From NCBI RefSeq assembly GCF_031769215.1, contig NW_026782376.1:1364001-1428000 (forward strand): a stretch of DNA of 64,000 bases, written 5' to 3'. The first letter of the stretch is position 1, and each line of letters begins with the position of its first letter. The notes beneath the pieces are model-generated. The model was not told the origin of the DNA. It saw nothing but the letters and a program-made list of their open reading frames with translations, and did not search any database. Positions 1 to 12,700 of the stretch are shown piece by piece. Position numbers and translations under genes: made by a program. The DNA is from Ylistrum balloti. Its lineage: Eukaryota.

Positions 1-135
1 TTTGAAAACCTTTTTGACTTTTTCTATAACAACTTTTATCTGTTCATCTTTTTGTGGACATATGAATTTTTGTACATAGAGTACTGATGAATTCAACAAA
101 AATAAATCCCCCATAGAATTGATTATTTTACAGTA
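1..135. mobile_element. Right end of a related MITE, truncated by the window edge
   Basis: Ends ATTATTTTACAGTA and is visibly similar to 26360-26439. Confidence 0.55.
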
Positions 136-1599
136 AATTCAGAATATGTTATTAATTACCTCTACTACATCTACATTTGTTACCTCAACTCATTTATCAT
201 ATTAATGAAGACAATTTTACTCCTCATAATAAATCAGTATTAATTATTTTCCATTTTCCCGGTGTTTCACGTATTTTGAAAAGAATTAAAATCATGCTGT
301 TGGTGCATACAAATATTTATCATGAGGACTAAATAATTATTTCTTAACACAATCATATAGACATGTCTACATGGTCCTGTAAAAGCCAAAATGATCAATA
401 TATATCTGTTGTGGCTAGCTATAGGTCCTATTAAAAGACATTAATGAGGTTTCAATTGAAAATTAAAAAGCAAAGAATCATTTGGAGACCATTATTTGGG
501 GAACTTTACCTATATGTATTTCAAAAATAGTCGTTGATTTGTTCAAAATGTATACTATACAGTGATCTGTTTATTTTCTTCAAATACCAAAAGTTCTCCA
601 ATAATATATCTAATATACAGTTATCCTTAAAGAATAAAAAATGTTAAACCTGACTATGAGGATACCAGGTAATCAAAATGTGGCACCAAATATCTATTGT
701 TTTAATCAGTGATAAGTGCTCCAGGTTGAACAGTTCAGAGATATATATGTCAGAGCTTGATAGACCTTATAAAGGTTAATAGAAGGGCTGATGTGTAGAC
801 CTTTTTATTGTAGTACTAAATGTAATGACTGTATACAAGATCTTCTGGATAGCAGACATTGATATTGTAGATCAAGATCAAGAACTAGTGTTTTCAGGCT
901 TTTTTAATGAAGTACTGATAAATCATGTTACCAATTTTGATCCCACAGTATTGTTACAAGGAAAGATCAAACGAGTACTAGAATAAATATCATTGGATAT
1001 TTTGATTGTTTTAATGCCACACCAATAATTTATTTGAAATCTGAGGTAAAAACATTATCATGTATTTTTGCTTGGTTTAACCATTTGAAAGCTCATTTGA
1101 TGTGAATCTATCAGTAATTTTTGTAGGATTTTTTCTGGTAAGTCCAGAGCACTGTTTCAAAAGTTTTGATGAGACCAGTTACAAAGCAGGTTCCAAAAAT
1201 TTGATTCCCACAGGAAAAGTAGGAGTCCAGGATGCAAATATTTGTATCCCAAAAATTACTGATCTATTATGATCCAAATTGATTTGAATATATTGGAAAC
1301 TGTGATGTGGATTTTTATTGATCCAGTTCTGTAATGCTGTAGACTTTGTATATGTCTACAATAATTTGTCCATGCAGAACCACATGGATTTGGCAGGAAA
1401 GGCACTATAATACATATGTGAACTGTGGGTCAAGAATTTGTGCCAAATCCCTGTGTCAAGTAGTTGAGAGTATTCATTTCATTCATGATTGAATTCTATA
1501 AAGTGTGTGGTAATATTTTGTTATTTTATATGATTATGGCGATGTACGACAATAAACTGAAATCACTACTTCTTTGTTTCTCATCTTTCTCTATTCAAA

Positions 1600-1805
1600 T
1601 ACTGTAAAATCACTCATTTTTTAGGTGGATTTATTTCCTTTTATTTCATGGTTACTCTCAATCCACACATTCATACAAACTGATAAATCAAGTACAAGTA
1701 AAGTTATTACACTATATTTATCCACGTAAATCAACTGTCCACAAAATAGTAATTTTTGAAAAACTGTAAAAATCAAGTCTCATGAAAATGTATGATTTTA
1801 CAGTA
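1600..1805. mobile_element. MITE (non-autonomous DNA transposon) with TA-terminated TIRs
   Basis: Perfect 13-bp terminal inverted repeat TACTGTAAAATCA ... TGATTTTACAGTA enclosing about 200 bp of non-coding DNA. Confidence 0.75.
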
Positions 1806-2240
1806 TAGAAGATATGACATAATGATAAGGATGATGATAGTTTAAAAAAAAATCAAAATCATTTCTGATGAATATATATACAATAACTGATTCATATGAT
1901 GCTTACCACAGGATAGAAAAAAGCTATCAATTTTGTTAGTTGTATGGCCTTGGATAACAGAGGCGCTTATTACAGGGGAAAGAAAACACATTTGTTGGTA
2001 ATTCCACTGATACTGAAGACCAAGAAATATATGGTGTCAGCTTATATTGAACCTTTGAGCTTTCATTTACTTTTTGCCAAATAAATAGAACAAATATTTC
2101 ATGCAATGTTACAAAAACTGCAAGTCTGTGAATGCTAGCATGCTTTCAATGATAAGAAAAGCAAAGATATAGTCAAAATTTCATATAATTTTAACAACAT
2201 TTTTCATTAAAAATGCTACATTGTTGGGAACTGATAATTT

Positions 2241-3068
2241 CTATTCTGCTTTCTTTTCTTGTTTCTTTGGATCAGTATCCATTAACAGGCTACACATAAG
2301 TGTTGTCCACAAAGAGAGAATGGCTACAAAAGTTAGAGTAAATCTGAGGCCTTTAAACCATGGGGGATAACCATAAGATACCATGTCCATATAGCAAGCT
2401 CCAGCTAGGCCAAGCATAAGTGTCAATGAAGAAAATGGACTTGGCATAAGAACTCCAGCCCATGCTACTAGGGACGGAGTGACACTGTAAGTCAAATTGA
2501 ACCAATTGGGCCGTAGAATACCATTTTCTGGAATGGTCATACCCCATCGTACGCCTCCTAAGAAAGATAAGATAGTGGCACCATATACCACCTGAGCAAA
2601 AGCTATGTCGGGCAAAAACAACTGACTCGTAACAATGTACATTGGGGCTGCCACAAAAGGAATAAGACCAGAGAATCCCAACACAAGAGCAGGAATAGGT
2701 GAGGTTTTCAGTTCCTTAAGGCTGCCCAGCACGGTCAAGGCTGTTGTTTTTCTATCCTCATGAAAGTGTTTCAAATATGGGCTTGTTGCTGCTGGTGCAA
2801 GACATCTCTGCAATAATATACAATTTGAAGGTAAAATTTTCGGATTTCGATCAAAGTTGACATTGTTCTTTGATAATCCTTTCACCAATTGATTACTACT
2901 ATTGATTGCATACTGTGATAATGTTTTTTTCTGCACGGATGACACGACAGCTGTCCTGCTGTAATTACTACATCCACTGAGAGTTGATATGCATGCTGAT
3001 CCATAACCAAGTGGTTTGATCCAAACTCTTCTTGGAATGGAACTGCACACATTTAAGTTCCTTAGCAT
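2241..3068 (-). CDS. TMEM69: Transmembrane protein 69 (DUF3429-type), CDS in a single exon, about 275 aa
   Basis: The ORF has a basic N-terminus resembling a mitochondrial presequence and C-terminal hydrophobic helices with motifs I recognise from TMEM69 (LGFSGLIPF, YGATILSFLGGVRWG, YPPWFKGLRFTLT). The ORF-track start at 3086 is TTG, so the first ATG at 3068 (MLRNLN) is used. A minus-strand acceptor (tttcag) lies near 3108, implying an upstream non-coding exon. Confidence 0.88.
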   Translation of the reverse strand: MLRNLNVCSSIPRRVWIKPLGYGSACISTLSGCSNYSRTAVVSSVQKKTLSQYAINSSNQLVKGLSKNNVNFDRNPKILPSNCILLQRCLAPAATSPYLKHFHEDRKTTALTVLGSLKELKTSPIPALVLGFSGLIPFVAAPMYIVTSQLFLPDIAFAQVVYGATILSFLGGVRWGMTIPENGILRPNWFNLTYSVTPSLVAWAGVLMPSPFSSLTLMLGLAGACYMDMVSYGYPPWFKGLRFTLTFVAILSLWTTLMCSLLMDTDPKKQEKKAE

Positions 3069-3619
3069 GGTCTTTCGAGTTGACAAACTTTGAATGCCAA
3101 TATGACCTGAAATTAAACCAAAACTTATGCTACAGGGTCAAAACAAATAATCATTTTCATATTTGGTTTAGGGTATTTTTCCGAATTAGACTTTAGATGA
3201 TAGTGTATGAAAGGACAAATAAATTTAAGACATGCACTGTAAAAGTCTAGGGCGAGGTTTAGAATTTATAGTTAATCTTTCAAATACATGGGCCATAATC
3301 AATTGTTAATGTATGACAGATGTATTGTATTGGTTTAGGCTAGTAACATGGATTTGACAGATCTTAACATCAGCATGCCGAAAAAAAACATGACATTGAA
3401 GAATCAGTAACAGCTTACCAGTCAGAGACTGTCAAGTCGCTCAGGCATTAACAAATAAAAATAGGATTTGAGTTATTTATTTATTTCAAACTCGATGCAA
3501 AATATATTGTTTCATATCATTTTGTTAAAAAATAGGGCAAATTGTAGTAACATTATGATATCTATTGTTGTTAAACTTTAATTGTATATTTATTTTTCAT
3601 TAGTTTAAGCGATTTCCTG

Positions 3620-3790
3620 TGATCTTCAAACATGGCGGCTGGTTTAAAACTCGTGGACTTACGCAGAAATGAAAATACAAATTTAGATGTAGCATAGGTT
3701 ATATTTACTTTTGAAAATGAGGAATGACAGTTACTTCTGATGAAATGGTATACAATAAAATAATCCAGAGGTTTAAAAATGGTACGTTAC
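3620..3790. promoter_or_regulatory. Putative bidirectional promoter / first-exon region of TMEM69 (-) and RAD17 (+)
   Basis: Lies between two divergently oriented genes whose candidate start codons are about 0.7 kb apart. Contains a YY1-like AAACATGGCGGC motif near 3628, a minus-strand donor-like GTAAGT (plus-strand acttac 3657-3662) and a plus-strand ATG|gtacgt at 3779-3787. Confidence 0.5.
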
Positions 3791-6700
3791 GTTCCATATA
3801 AGTATGATTATTGACAGATGAGGCTGGAACCTGTGAACATGTTTTGTATCGCCACTATCGGATGGCAAATATTTCATTTATTTTTTTTTTAATTTTTACA
3901 CAACTATGCTACAAAACCTGGTCATTTGGTCTGTAGTTAGATATAAAGTATTTCTAAACTTGTGTTATAATGTCCGAATATAAACAATGTAGTATTTGCT
4001 TACTACAAAATGTCTTAACTGATCATGATTATTTCATGTGAAGAATGGAAATATGACAGTTTACTTTCATTACACATATGTACCGTGTTATATTCTGCTG
4101 TATGAGACAAAGAAATACTCTTTTTTCACCATGTAACATTTATTAATGTCACTTTTTCAGAGTCAGTTTGAAATGAAAAGAGATGTTTCAAAGAGTTTTG
4201 CTGAAAATGAAGACAGCAATAATTCGATAATTGACCTCACATCATCACCAGACTCATCAACACAGAAAACTGACAAGAAAAGAAAACGGAATAAAACATT
4301 TCTTCAATCTATAAGCTGCAAGGTGAACATGTTGTTTCTGTTATATATTAGAGCTTTGTAAGTTAGAAAGTGCATTTTGTTTTATCAGAGTTACTCCCCT
4401 TTACTTCAGGTGGAATTAAATGTATTAAAACATGTATTTTAACGCTTGACAAGTTTCACCTATTGGCATTTTCTGCATAAATGTAAATATTTAGATGAAA
4501 GAGATACCCTGCATAAGTTGGTATTCTTCTGGCTGTTGTGTACCTTTTCTGAAATCTTTCTAATGACTTTCAAATGTTCCTTGCCAATATGAAATTAGAA
4601 TATATAAATATAGCTCATGAGGAAAAACTAAACTCAGTCGCTAGCTTGATCATAGACTTTACGAAAAGTATTGGGTAAATATAGAGGTCTATGCTATTCT
4701 GCTGGGATCAGAATTCTATTCTTTTGTTAGACTTGTTCCCTTTTTATAAATATGCACAAATATTTCTCACTGTTTGGCTAATAAGAAGCAACGCTGTAGT
4801 TGCTAAACCATGGTTGATCTAATGTTTGTGAATAGATCTAGCTAGATTGATGTAGAATTTCCACAAAGAAGATATCACATGCTTGTTTCTATATGGTGAA
4901 TTGAAGCTTAAAATTTCTATAAGAACTTAAGTACATCCTTTGGTGATTGTTTTATCAAAAACATAATACTTAGTATGAAATCCTACCTTGTGCTGAGTAT
5001 CACTTTCAATATGAGACAGCTTTTATTTGAAGCAATGATTTTGAGATATGATGCACACTTGTTCCTGAAGCTAAGCCAATTAAGGCTATAGATCAAATAT
5101 GAATGATAAAAATGACAACTAATCCATGAGATATTGAAAATCATCTGTTTTGAAGTATTTGGAGAAGAACATAATAACATCATCTGCTAATGACCAGTTA
5201 GCCATTGTTGTAGCCTGTTCAAAGATATTCTGTATTTCAGTCAATCCTGCCCTAGCATATCTCCATCTTTGGTGTCATTTGAATATAACCAAAGAAGGTG
5301 GTTGAACGTGGGAATAATGTACTCATTGAAGCATGATGACTATTAGATGGCATCAAATACATGAACTCAATAATTAGGCACGAGTCATTTTGTTATTGCA
5401 TAGTGTTAAGAATTTAGCTGACATATAATGCTTCTTTGGTGCAATTCTGTTGGTAGAGCCATGGATTTATTAGAAAACCGTTTTTGGTTCCTGTCTTGGC
5501 ACTGATCGGAGATATATTTTCCACTATTTTTTCCACATACCATAAATGCAACTTGTTTCAGGGAAGTGTACAAGTAAACCTAAATAGTGTAATTTACTGC
5601 AATGACTGGAAAACTGTTGTAATATTTCCAGATGTTTATATTTTATGTATAAATGTTCTTCATTTTTTTCCAACAGAATTCAGCCAAATGGGTTACATCA
5701 TCCTTTGGTGATTTTGATGCCTTTGAAGGATTTGATGCCAAGCCTGCATCCAAGCGAGTGTCATCCACAAGTTCTAGTCAATCCATCCTAAAAGTGCCTA
5801 AGTCATCTTCTGCCAGTATTACAGACAAAGCTGACCAGTCAAAAACTACCAAAACTACTGCACAGACTAACAGTGGACTAGTTTCTTCATCAGGTGATCG
5901 GTGTTGGTTGTCCGGGAAGAAAAGACCAGCTTATGAATCTGAGTTGTGGTCAGATAAATATGCTCCTAAAAATCAGGTTTGTTTGATACTGATAACCAGT
6001 CAAATAAAGTACTTTTATGGAGCTAATATGTGGATTTGGGCATGATTTTGTTGGGGGAAAAATGCTTTAAAAATTCAGCAATACTAAATATTGATATTAA
6101 ATCTTTAAATGTTTATAGATTCACAGATAATGAATATGTGGATAAAGCATTGATTTAAACTGAAATAAATTAATCAGTATCAACAATGTATTCAGTCAAG
6201 TCAAACAGTCATTTTGGTGGCAAACTGTCACCATATCTATCCCTGTAATACTCATGTCATAATGGTCACATGCTTGGCATCACATATTTCTGTTCAGTTG
6301 ATTTAGTGGCATTGCTGTGCAAATGACATGTAAATATATGTCAATATTTTAAATGTAAATAAAGAGTGATGGACTGTAAACATTATTTTTAATTCATTTT
6401 CTTCTTCAGCTAATTTCAAGGATAAAAAAATGTCTTTTGATGAAAACAGAATTAAGAGAACCATTGTCCCTTGATTATGATTCCTGTGGAAAATACATCT
6501 TCTTTGCTTTGAATGTTTGCTTAAGCCATGAAAATTTGAACATTTAGAGAAAATAAATGAATAAACTGGCCTTTACCAAAAATAACTAAAGTTGTTGAAA
6601 ATGAAGGAAATCAGCATTTGTTTTAAATTCAGGGTGATCTGGCTGTACATAAAAAGAAAATTGGTGATTTAGAAACATGGATTCAAACACATCTAAAGTC

Positions 6701-9700
6701 ACAGACAAAGGTATAATATTTTTTAATTGTCTTGTAAGGAAATTGATATTTTTTAAGTGATTCCACCCATATGTAATGTATTATTGTACTTTTCAACAAT
6801 AAAACCATTTCTGATATGTTTGCTACTATATGGTGATGTTCAGTAAAAATACAAACCCATGCTATTTCATTCCTGTATTGAGCCCACTCCCTGACTTTGT
6901 GTCAAAGTAAAAAGGTATTCCCATCCTGGGAAACTGTTTCGTTGTCTTGTAATAAGCCCACTCCCTGACTTTGAGCGAGTTGAAATGTGATTGGTCCTTA
7001 AGCTTATTGTGGGATAATTATGCTTGTCTAGTGAGATTTGTTTTGTCCATAACTGGAAGTTAAAACTGCTATATGGGTTATATTTGTCTTAATGATGCCA
7101 CTGGTCATTTCTTCAGACTTGTAAAATGTAAAAGGAGAAGAGGTTGACAAATGTGACAACTTGTTCCAAGTTTGATATTGTGTCTTTTCATTACTTACAC
7201 ACTTGTTCGTTTGTCTCTCCAGCTGCCTCCTATTTTGATTCTGACTGGTCAAGCAGGAACAGGGAAGACTGCAACGGTCAAGGTTTTATGTCGAGAACAC
7301 AAATGTGATGTCCAAGAATGGTCCAACCCTGTGGGATCTGACAGAGTTTGGAAGAAAAGGGATGAATTTGATGCAGGTATTTAAGGAAATGATGTTTTAG
7401 AAAGACAAGTTTAGCATAGCAATTGTCAGGAACACCTTATTTCAAATTAAACTTTGTTGGGATTGCTTTTAGGACATAAAATTTGAAAAAGAAACTTTGA
7501 AATACATGTTTAGATCTTAGAATATGAACTTTACTATATTTATTACTGAACTACAAAGTCCTTTCAGAACACTATTAGCACTTATATTGATTAAGTTTCA
7601 AGTCTATTGTCAACACTCAAACAAAGAATGTGAAAATTACTTTGCCGAACATTCTAAATGTTTTTTTTTTTAGAAGCAAATATTTTCAAGATGTATTTTA
7701 AAATTTTCTTTCATCTTATATAATCATTTGAAAAAATCTAATATTTGTTAGATTGAACTTATAGAGTGATTACAACTGAACTGGTAAGGTGTGTATTGTT
7801 AGAGTAAGTAAAAATCTATAGCTTGTTTTTATACATATGTTTTTTTAGGCCCTTATGAGTATAATGATATACAGACAGAGTCACAGCTGACCCAATTCCA
7901 GCACTTCCTTCTCCGTGCCAACAAGTATAATAAACTTGACATATTTGGTGATGGAAACACAGAGAAGAAAGTTATCTTAGTAGAGGTATATTTAACGGAG
8001 TTGATTTATTCCCAAACTTTTTATGAGGAAAAGAACAGTATATTTATTGTTTATACTTTTTCGATAATTAAAGTTGATGGGTCTTGGACTTTTAAATTAA
8101 AATGAAGTTCTTTTTTTTAGATTGAAAATCATTATCACATTATAGATGTAATAGAAACTGGTTATATTTGTATGTGCCTTATGTAAAAACAATTGGTGCA
8201 CAATATCTGCTGCCAGCTAATTAATTAATGATAAACTGAATGCAGGCAGCCCCTCTCATGTCATCTTATGTTAGGTACCAGGTAATTGTATAATTGATTT
8301 AGCAAACTTCTTGCATTTGTATCTATTGTGTTCAAAATTGGTTTGAAAGAAAAATCGTGAACATTCATTCAGATAATGTTGTCATTGAAAATATTTTTAA
8401 TAAATTTTCAGTTGATGCCTGATTGTTGCAATGTGATTGTACATTGTTACTATGTCGTACATTTCATCATGGTGGACTTTTTGTTGTAGGAATTCCCCAA
8501 TGTGTTTTATAGGGATGCCTCTGCCTTTCATGACACGCTCAGGTAAATTGATACGATTACGATCATGTTTTTGAATGGCAATTGTCCAACAGATGTTGAA
8601 AAAATTTAATTTCTTATGTATACTTGTTTGAATATATGGTTATATAATCCATGAAATATAGTAACTACCAGGGGTTATGTCTGTGCTACAAGAATTACCA
8701 GAAAAGTCCCAGAAAGTCAGCAGGGGAGGGGAGCACAAAAATATGGTAGAGGGTGGGCTATGACTTCAGGAGAATGAAATATCAATTGTTACCATTTTTA
8801 GCTCACCAGGAGAGACCTGGATTGGCTTATAGGCAGACTTACTGCCAGATGTTGACTGATTAACAGCTTGATGAAGCAACATCTGATGATGAATCTATGT
8901 ATTCCTATTTCATGGTTTTTGATGTTTATTGTAGAATATTTAAAAAGTACACCCATGTATTTACAACCAGTTCATGCAAAAACCTTGAGAGAGTTGGCAT
9001 CCCACCATTGGAGACTAGCCTCTCTCCTGTCTGGCCTCCGCTCTTCTCATCTGGTAGACCAAGAGAGGTCTATTTATACCAAAATATTATGAAACTGTTG
9101 ATTAAGTAATTTTACACAATAGATAAACAGGGTTTTCCACCAGATTAGTATACACTGACCTTCATGCGAACTGCTTGGATAGAACTTAGATGAAAATTTA
9201 TGTAATCAGGGAATGAATTGATAACATTGACCATGTATAGATCAGTTAACAACAGTATGCCTCTGGCCACTAGTCAATAGATGTCAATAACTAAATAGAC
9301 ATATGTCTAAGTGAACACAATTTTGAATAATCTAATTAACTTGCATATTAACTTTTAATAGGTGAACCTGTCTTTATTGTAGGAAGTATGCCCAGGTTGG
9401 AAGGTGTCCACTGATATTCATTGTGAGTGACTCCACCAGTAGGGACTCGTCCAGCTGTGAACGGCTGTTGTTTCCCAAGAGTCTGCAACAGGAGTTACAC
9501 ATAGACAATATTAGGTAGGCTGTACCAGTCTGGATATGGCAATAATGTATAGGTTTTCAGTTCCTATAAGGTCAGGAAAATTTTCTTTGGTGAACATTTG
9601 TGTAATGAAATTCAAATGAACCTTGCGGGAGAGCTTCCTTTGTCTGAAAAACTTGTAAAATTTTACACAAGGCCTTTATATATATTGGCACGAGTATGAA

Positions 9701-12700
9701 TGGCCGACGGGGGACACAGAGTGCTGTCCATGTCTGCCCTATCCCGACACATGGTTTTCCGTCATGAATTGCTTAGTTTAGCAGCTTCATTTCTTACAGA
9801 CATTTTCTAGTTTGAGGATTTTGATGTCTCTAAATTGACTTCTTGTTACATAGCAGTTGAAGGATGGTATCAAATTGGAAATTTATACACCACATGCTAG
9901 ATAATACGTTGACTATAGGTCCCCCACCAGGAAATGAAGAAGGGGAACTACAGTTTTGTGTTGTTTCTCTCTGTCCAGTCTTTCTTCCATCGTCCAGTAT
10001 TTTGTCTGTACTCTATCTCATACATTATTTGTGATTTTAGTTTCATACTTGAGGAATTTATCTACCTGGATAAGATGGTGTGTCATCTTAAAAAGTAGGT
10101 CATTTTGACTTAGATTTAGACCTTTGACCCTCATCAAAGGAAAAAATTGTTTCGGCTCTATCTCCTACACTACTTGTCTATCGAGTTTTATACTTAAGAT
10201 ATGGGTTCACCTTGGTGAAGCAGTGTGACATGTATCAGAAGTAGTTCACTCTGACATTTTGATCTTTGACCTACATCAAAGTTAGAGTTTGTCTGGGCTC
10301 TACCTAGACTTTCAGTCACTGGAACTTCACACTTTTGGTATTGGTTCACCTTGGTTATGTCCTGTGGTGGTAGGGGATTTGCCATATTATCTTGTTTGAA
10401 ACTGATAACAGTATTTTGCTGAAAAGAATAGAGGCATTGAACATTGCATTTATGGACAGGAGAACAACATGGACAACATTTTACCTCCTTCATCCTGATT
10501 CAATATTTTAGGAAGTAAGATGACTAAATATTGGATTTGTTATTTTCAGTTTCAATCCTATAGCTCTGACAAGTATGACTAAAGTGCTGACAAGAATTGC
10601 CACAAAGGAAGCTTCACAGGTAATTTTTGTTATAGTTGATATGTTGAATGTCCCTACTTTTTAATGATATAATTAACTGGAATATTGATAGGTATCCAGT
10701 TTTAAATGGCTTTTAATTTCAACATTATTTGTGAGGTTTTCTGTTTAATTGTGTGGTCATTTTTATCTGGAAACAACTTTTTGATTGACAGAAATGAAAC
10801 ATAATGTTGACAAACCTAGACATAATCTTACCAGGTATTATTGTATGCAACATTATGTTGCAACTAAAACTACTAACCATTGTATAACACTTCTTTCCAG
10901 CTAACCTGAGAATCCTATGATGTTTCCTTGTGAAACAGTTAGCATTATTTTATGTTACAACATCATTACTTTTTCTAACCAAATTTCTGTAATGAAAAAA
11001 AAACCCAAATAAAACTCGACACTCCAACACCTTGAATTATCCGACTGTAAATTGAGGCAGGTTTCACTCTTCCAAAATGTATGTATAGAAATGAAGTGTA
11101 ATTGAATTTGTTTCTTCATTGTTAAGGGAGTACACAAATTTACTGTCCCGTCTCATGCCATCCTGGAGTCGATTGCTATGTCTAGTGCTGGGGACATCAG
11201 AGGAGCCATCAATACTCTACAGTTTGCCTGTCTCAAAGGTAGATTTTATTAAGGACTTTGTTTTTTTTATTGAGTTTTTTTATCAATGAACTACGTACAG
11301 CAGTGTTCTATAGATGGGATTACTTTTTAAGGATGATGAACAGCAAACATGAACTTCAACACATTTTTCTTAATTGATGGCATATATTTCTATCACTTCA
11401 ACAAGGTTATATGGTTTTATTATATGAGATATTAGTGTCAAAGGAATGTGTTAATCCCTGTTCTGCTACATTGGTGCTAAAATCCCATGGATTGTGGTAT
11501 TTAGAATCTTTGGTTGAGATTCAGGAAATCTCATGAAAAACACGAGGGAATATTTGTAAAAGGAGTTGGTTGATGTGGTTTGTATATAGTGATAATCATG
11601 GTTTCTGTAAATCAGCTGACGAAGCATGCTGCTGCAGCACAGTTGATAGAGCTGTGAACAATCCTTCCTGAGACTGATTTTCGAACCTGGTGTGACTCTC
11701 GACATGGACATGTTTTACCTGGTTCTATGATTTTAACATTTCATGAGAAGGATCATAGTTTCCTAATGTAACTTTATGTTGATTGTTCTTGTCTGATGGT
11801 ATATTTGATGAAACTACCTCAAACTTGTTCAACGGTTTTCTCAGATACCAAAGATCTCTTACCAAGTGCTCTAGTCAAAGGAAAACAGCCTATGAAAAAA
11901 TCGAGAGGAAAAGCTAAATCCAAGACATCTGACCAGAAAGATTCTGATCTTGTTTCTATTGGAGGGCGGGATACTTCTCTCTTTTTGTTCAGAGCTTTGG
12001 GCAAAATTCTCTACTGCAAACGTAAGTATAAAAGAAATTATTTATCATAAACATAAATATTGATGAAAACTGGGATAAATCAATGGGAGTTTTTCGAAAG
12101 AATTATTTATTGCAGACCTGTTAACAATTTCAATTTTTGGTATACTATTACATACGAGAAAGAAACTGCTTTCTGTGAGAAAAAAAATCAAATGCCATTG
12201 TGTTATCACCATTCTTTGTTATGTGTCCTATGTCAGATACGCTTCGTAAAGAACATAGTCATCCAAGCACTTATCACAATTTTATGGACATTACAAATAT
12301 TTTTTACTAAAATTTCGGATGTTAATATGGGAGAAACATTATTAACTGTTCACAACAATGTCAGCAAAATTCATGATCTAGTTTGTTGAGAGAGCTAGGT
12401 TATTATTACAAATCCATGTGGTGAGGTTTATTTTCAAACTTACCTGGCCAACGTAGGAGCAGTCATACATTTAATAGATTTATTGGTATTTCTTGTTGTT
12501 ATGTCAAGAGTGTAGGGAAAATTATTTGATGCAACTAGGAGGTGAGATTGGCACAATATACTTTTGTTTGCATCGTATTGAGTTATTTTAGTGGTTTTGA
12601 TTTAAGTTATCTTGAAATGATTGACTGCTGAATGATATGCAGGAAGTACACTTGAAACATAAAGAGTGAAATGTTTTGCCTTTTTTAAATCAAGTAAATT

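Noticed and set aside
700-1500. Possible coding remnant downstream of TMEM69
   Set aside because: Every frame I read was interrupted by stops and no family was recognisable.
4146-4160. ORF-track start MSLFQ as the RAD17 N-terminus
   Set aside because: It overlaps a strong polypyrimidine/AG acceptor (actttttcag at 4160), so it is more likely intronic. It is not fully excluded without RNA data.
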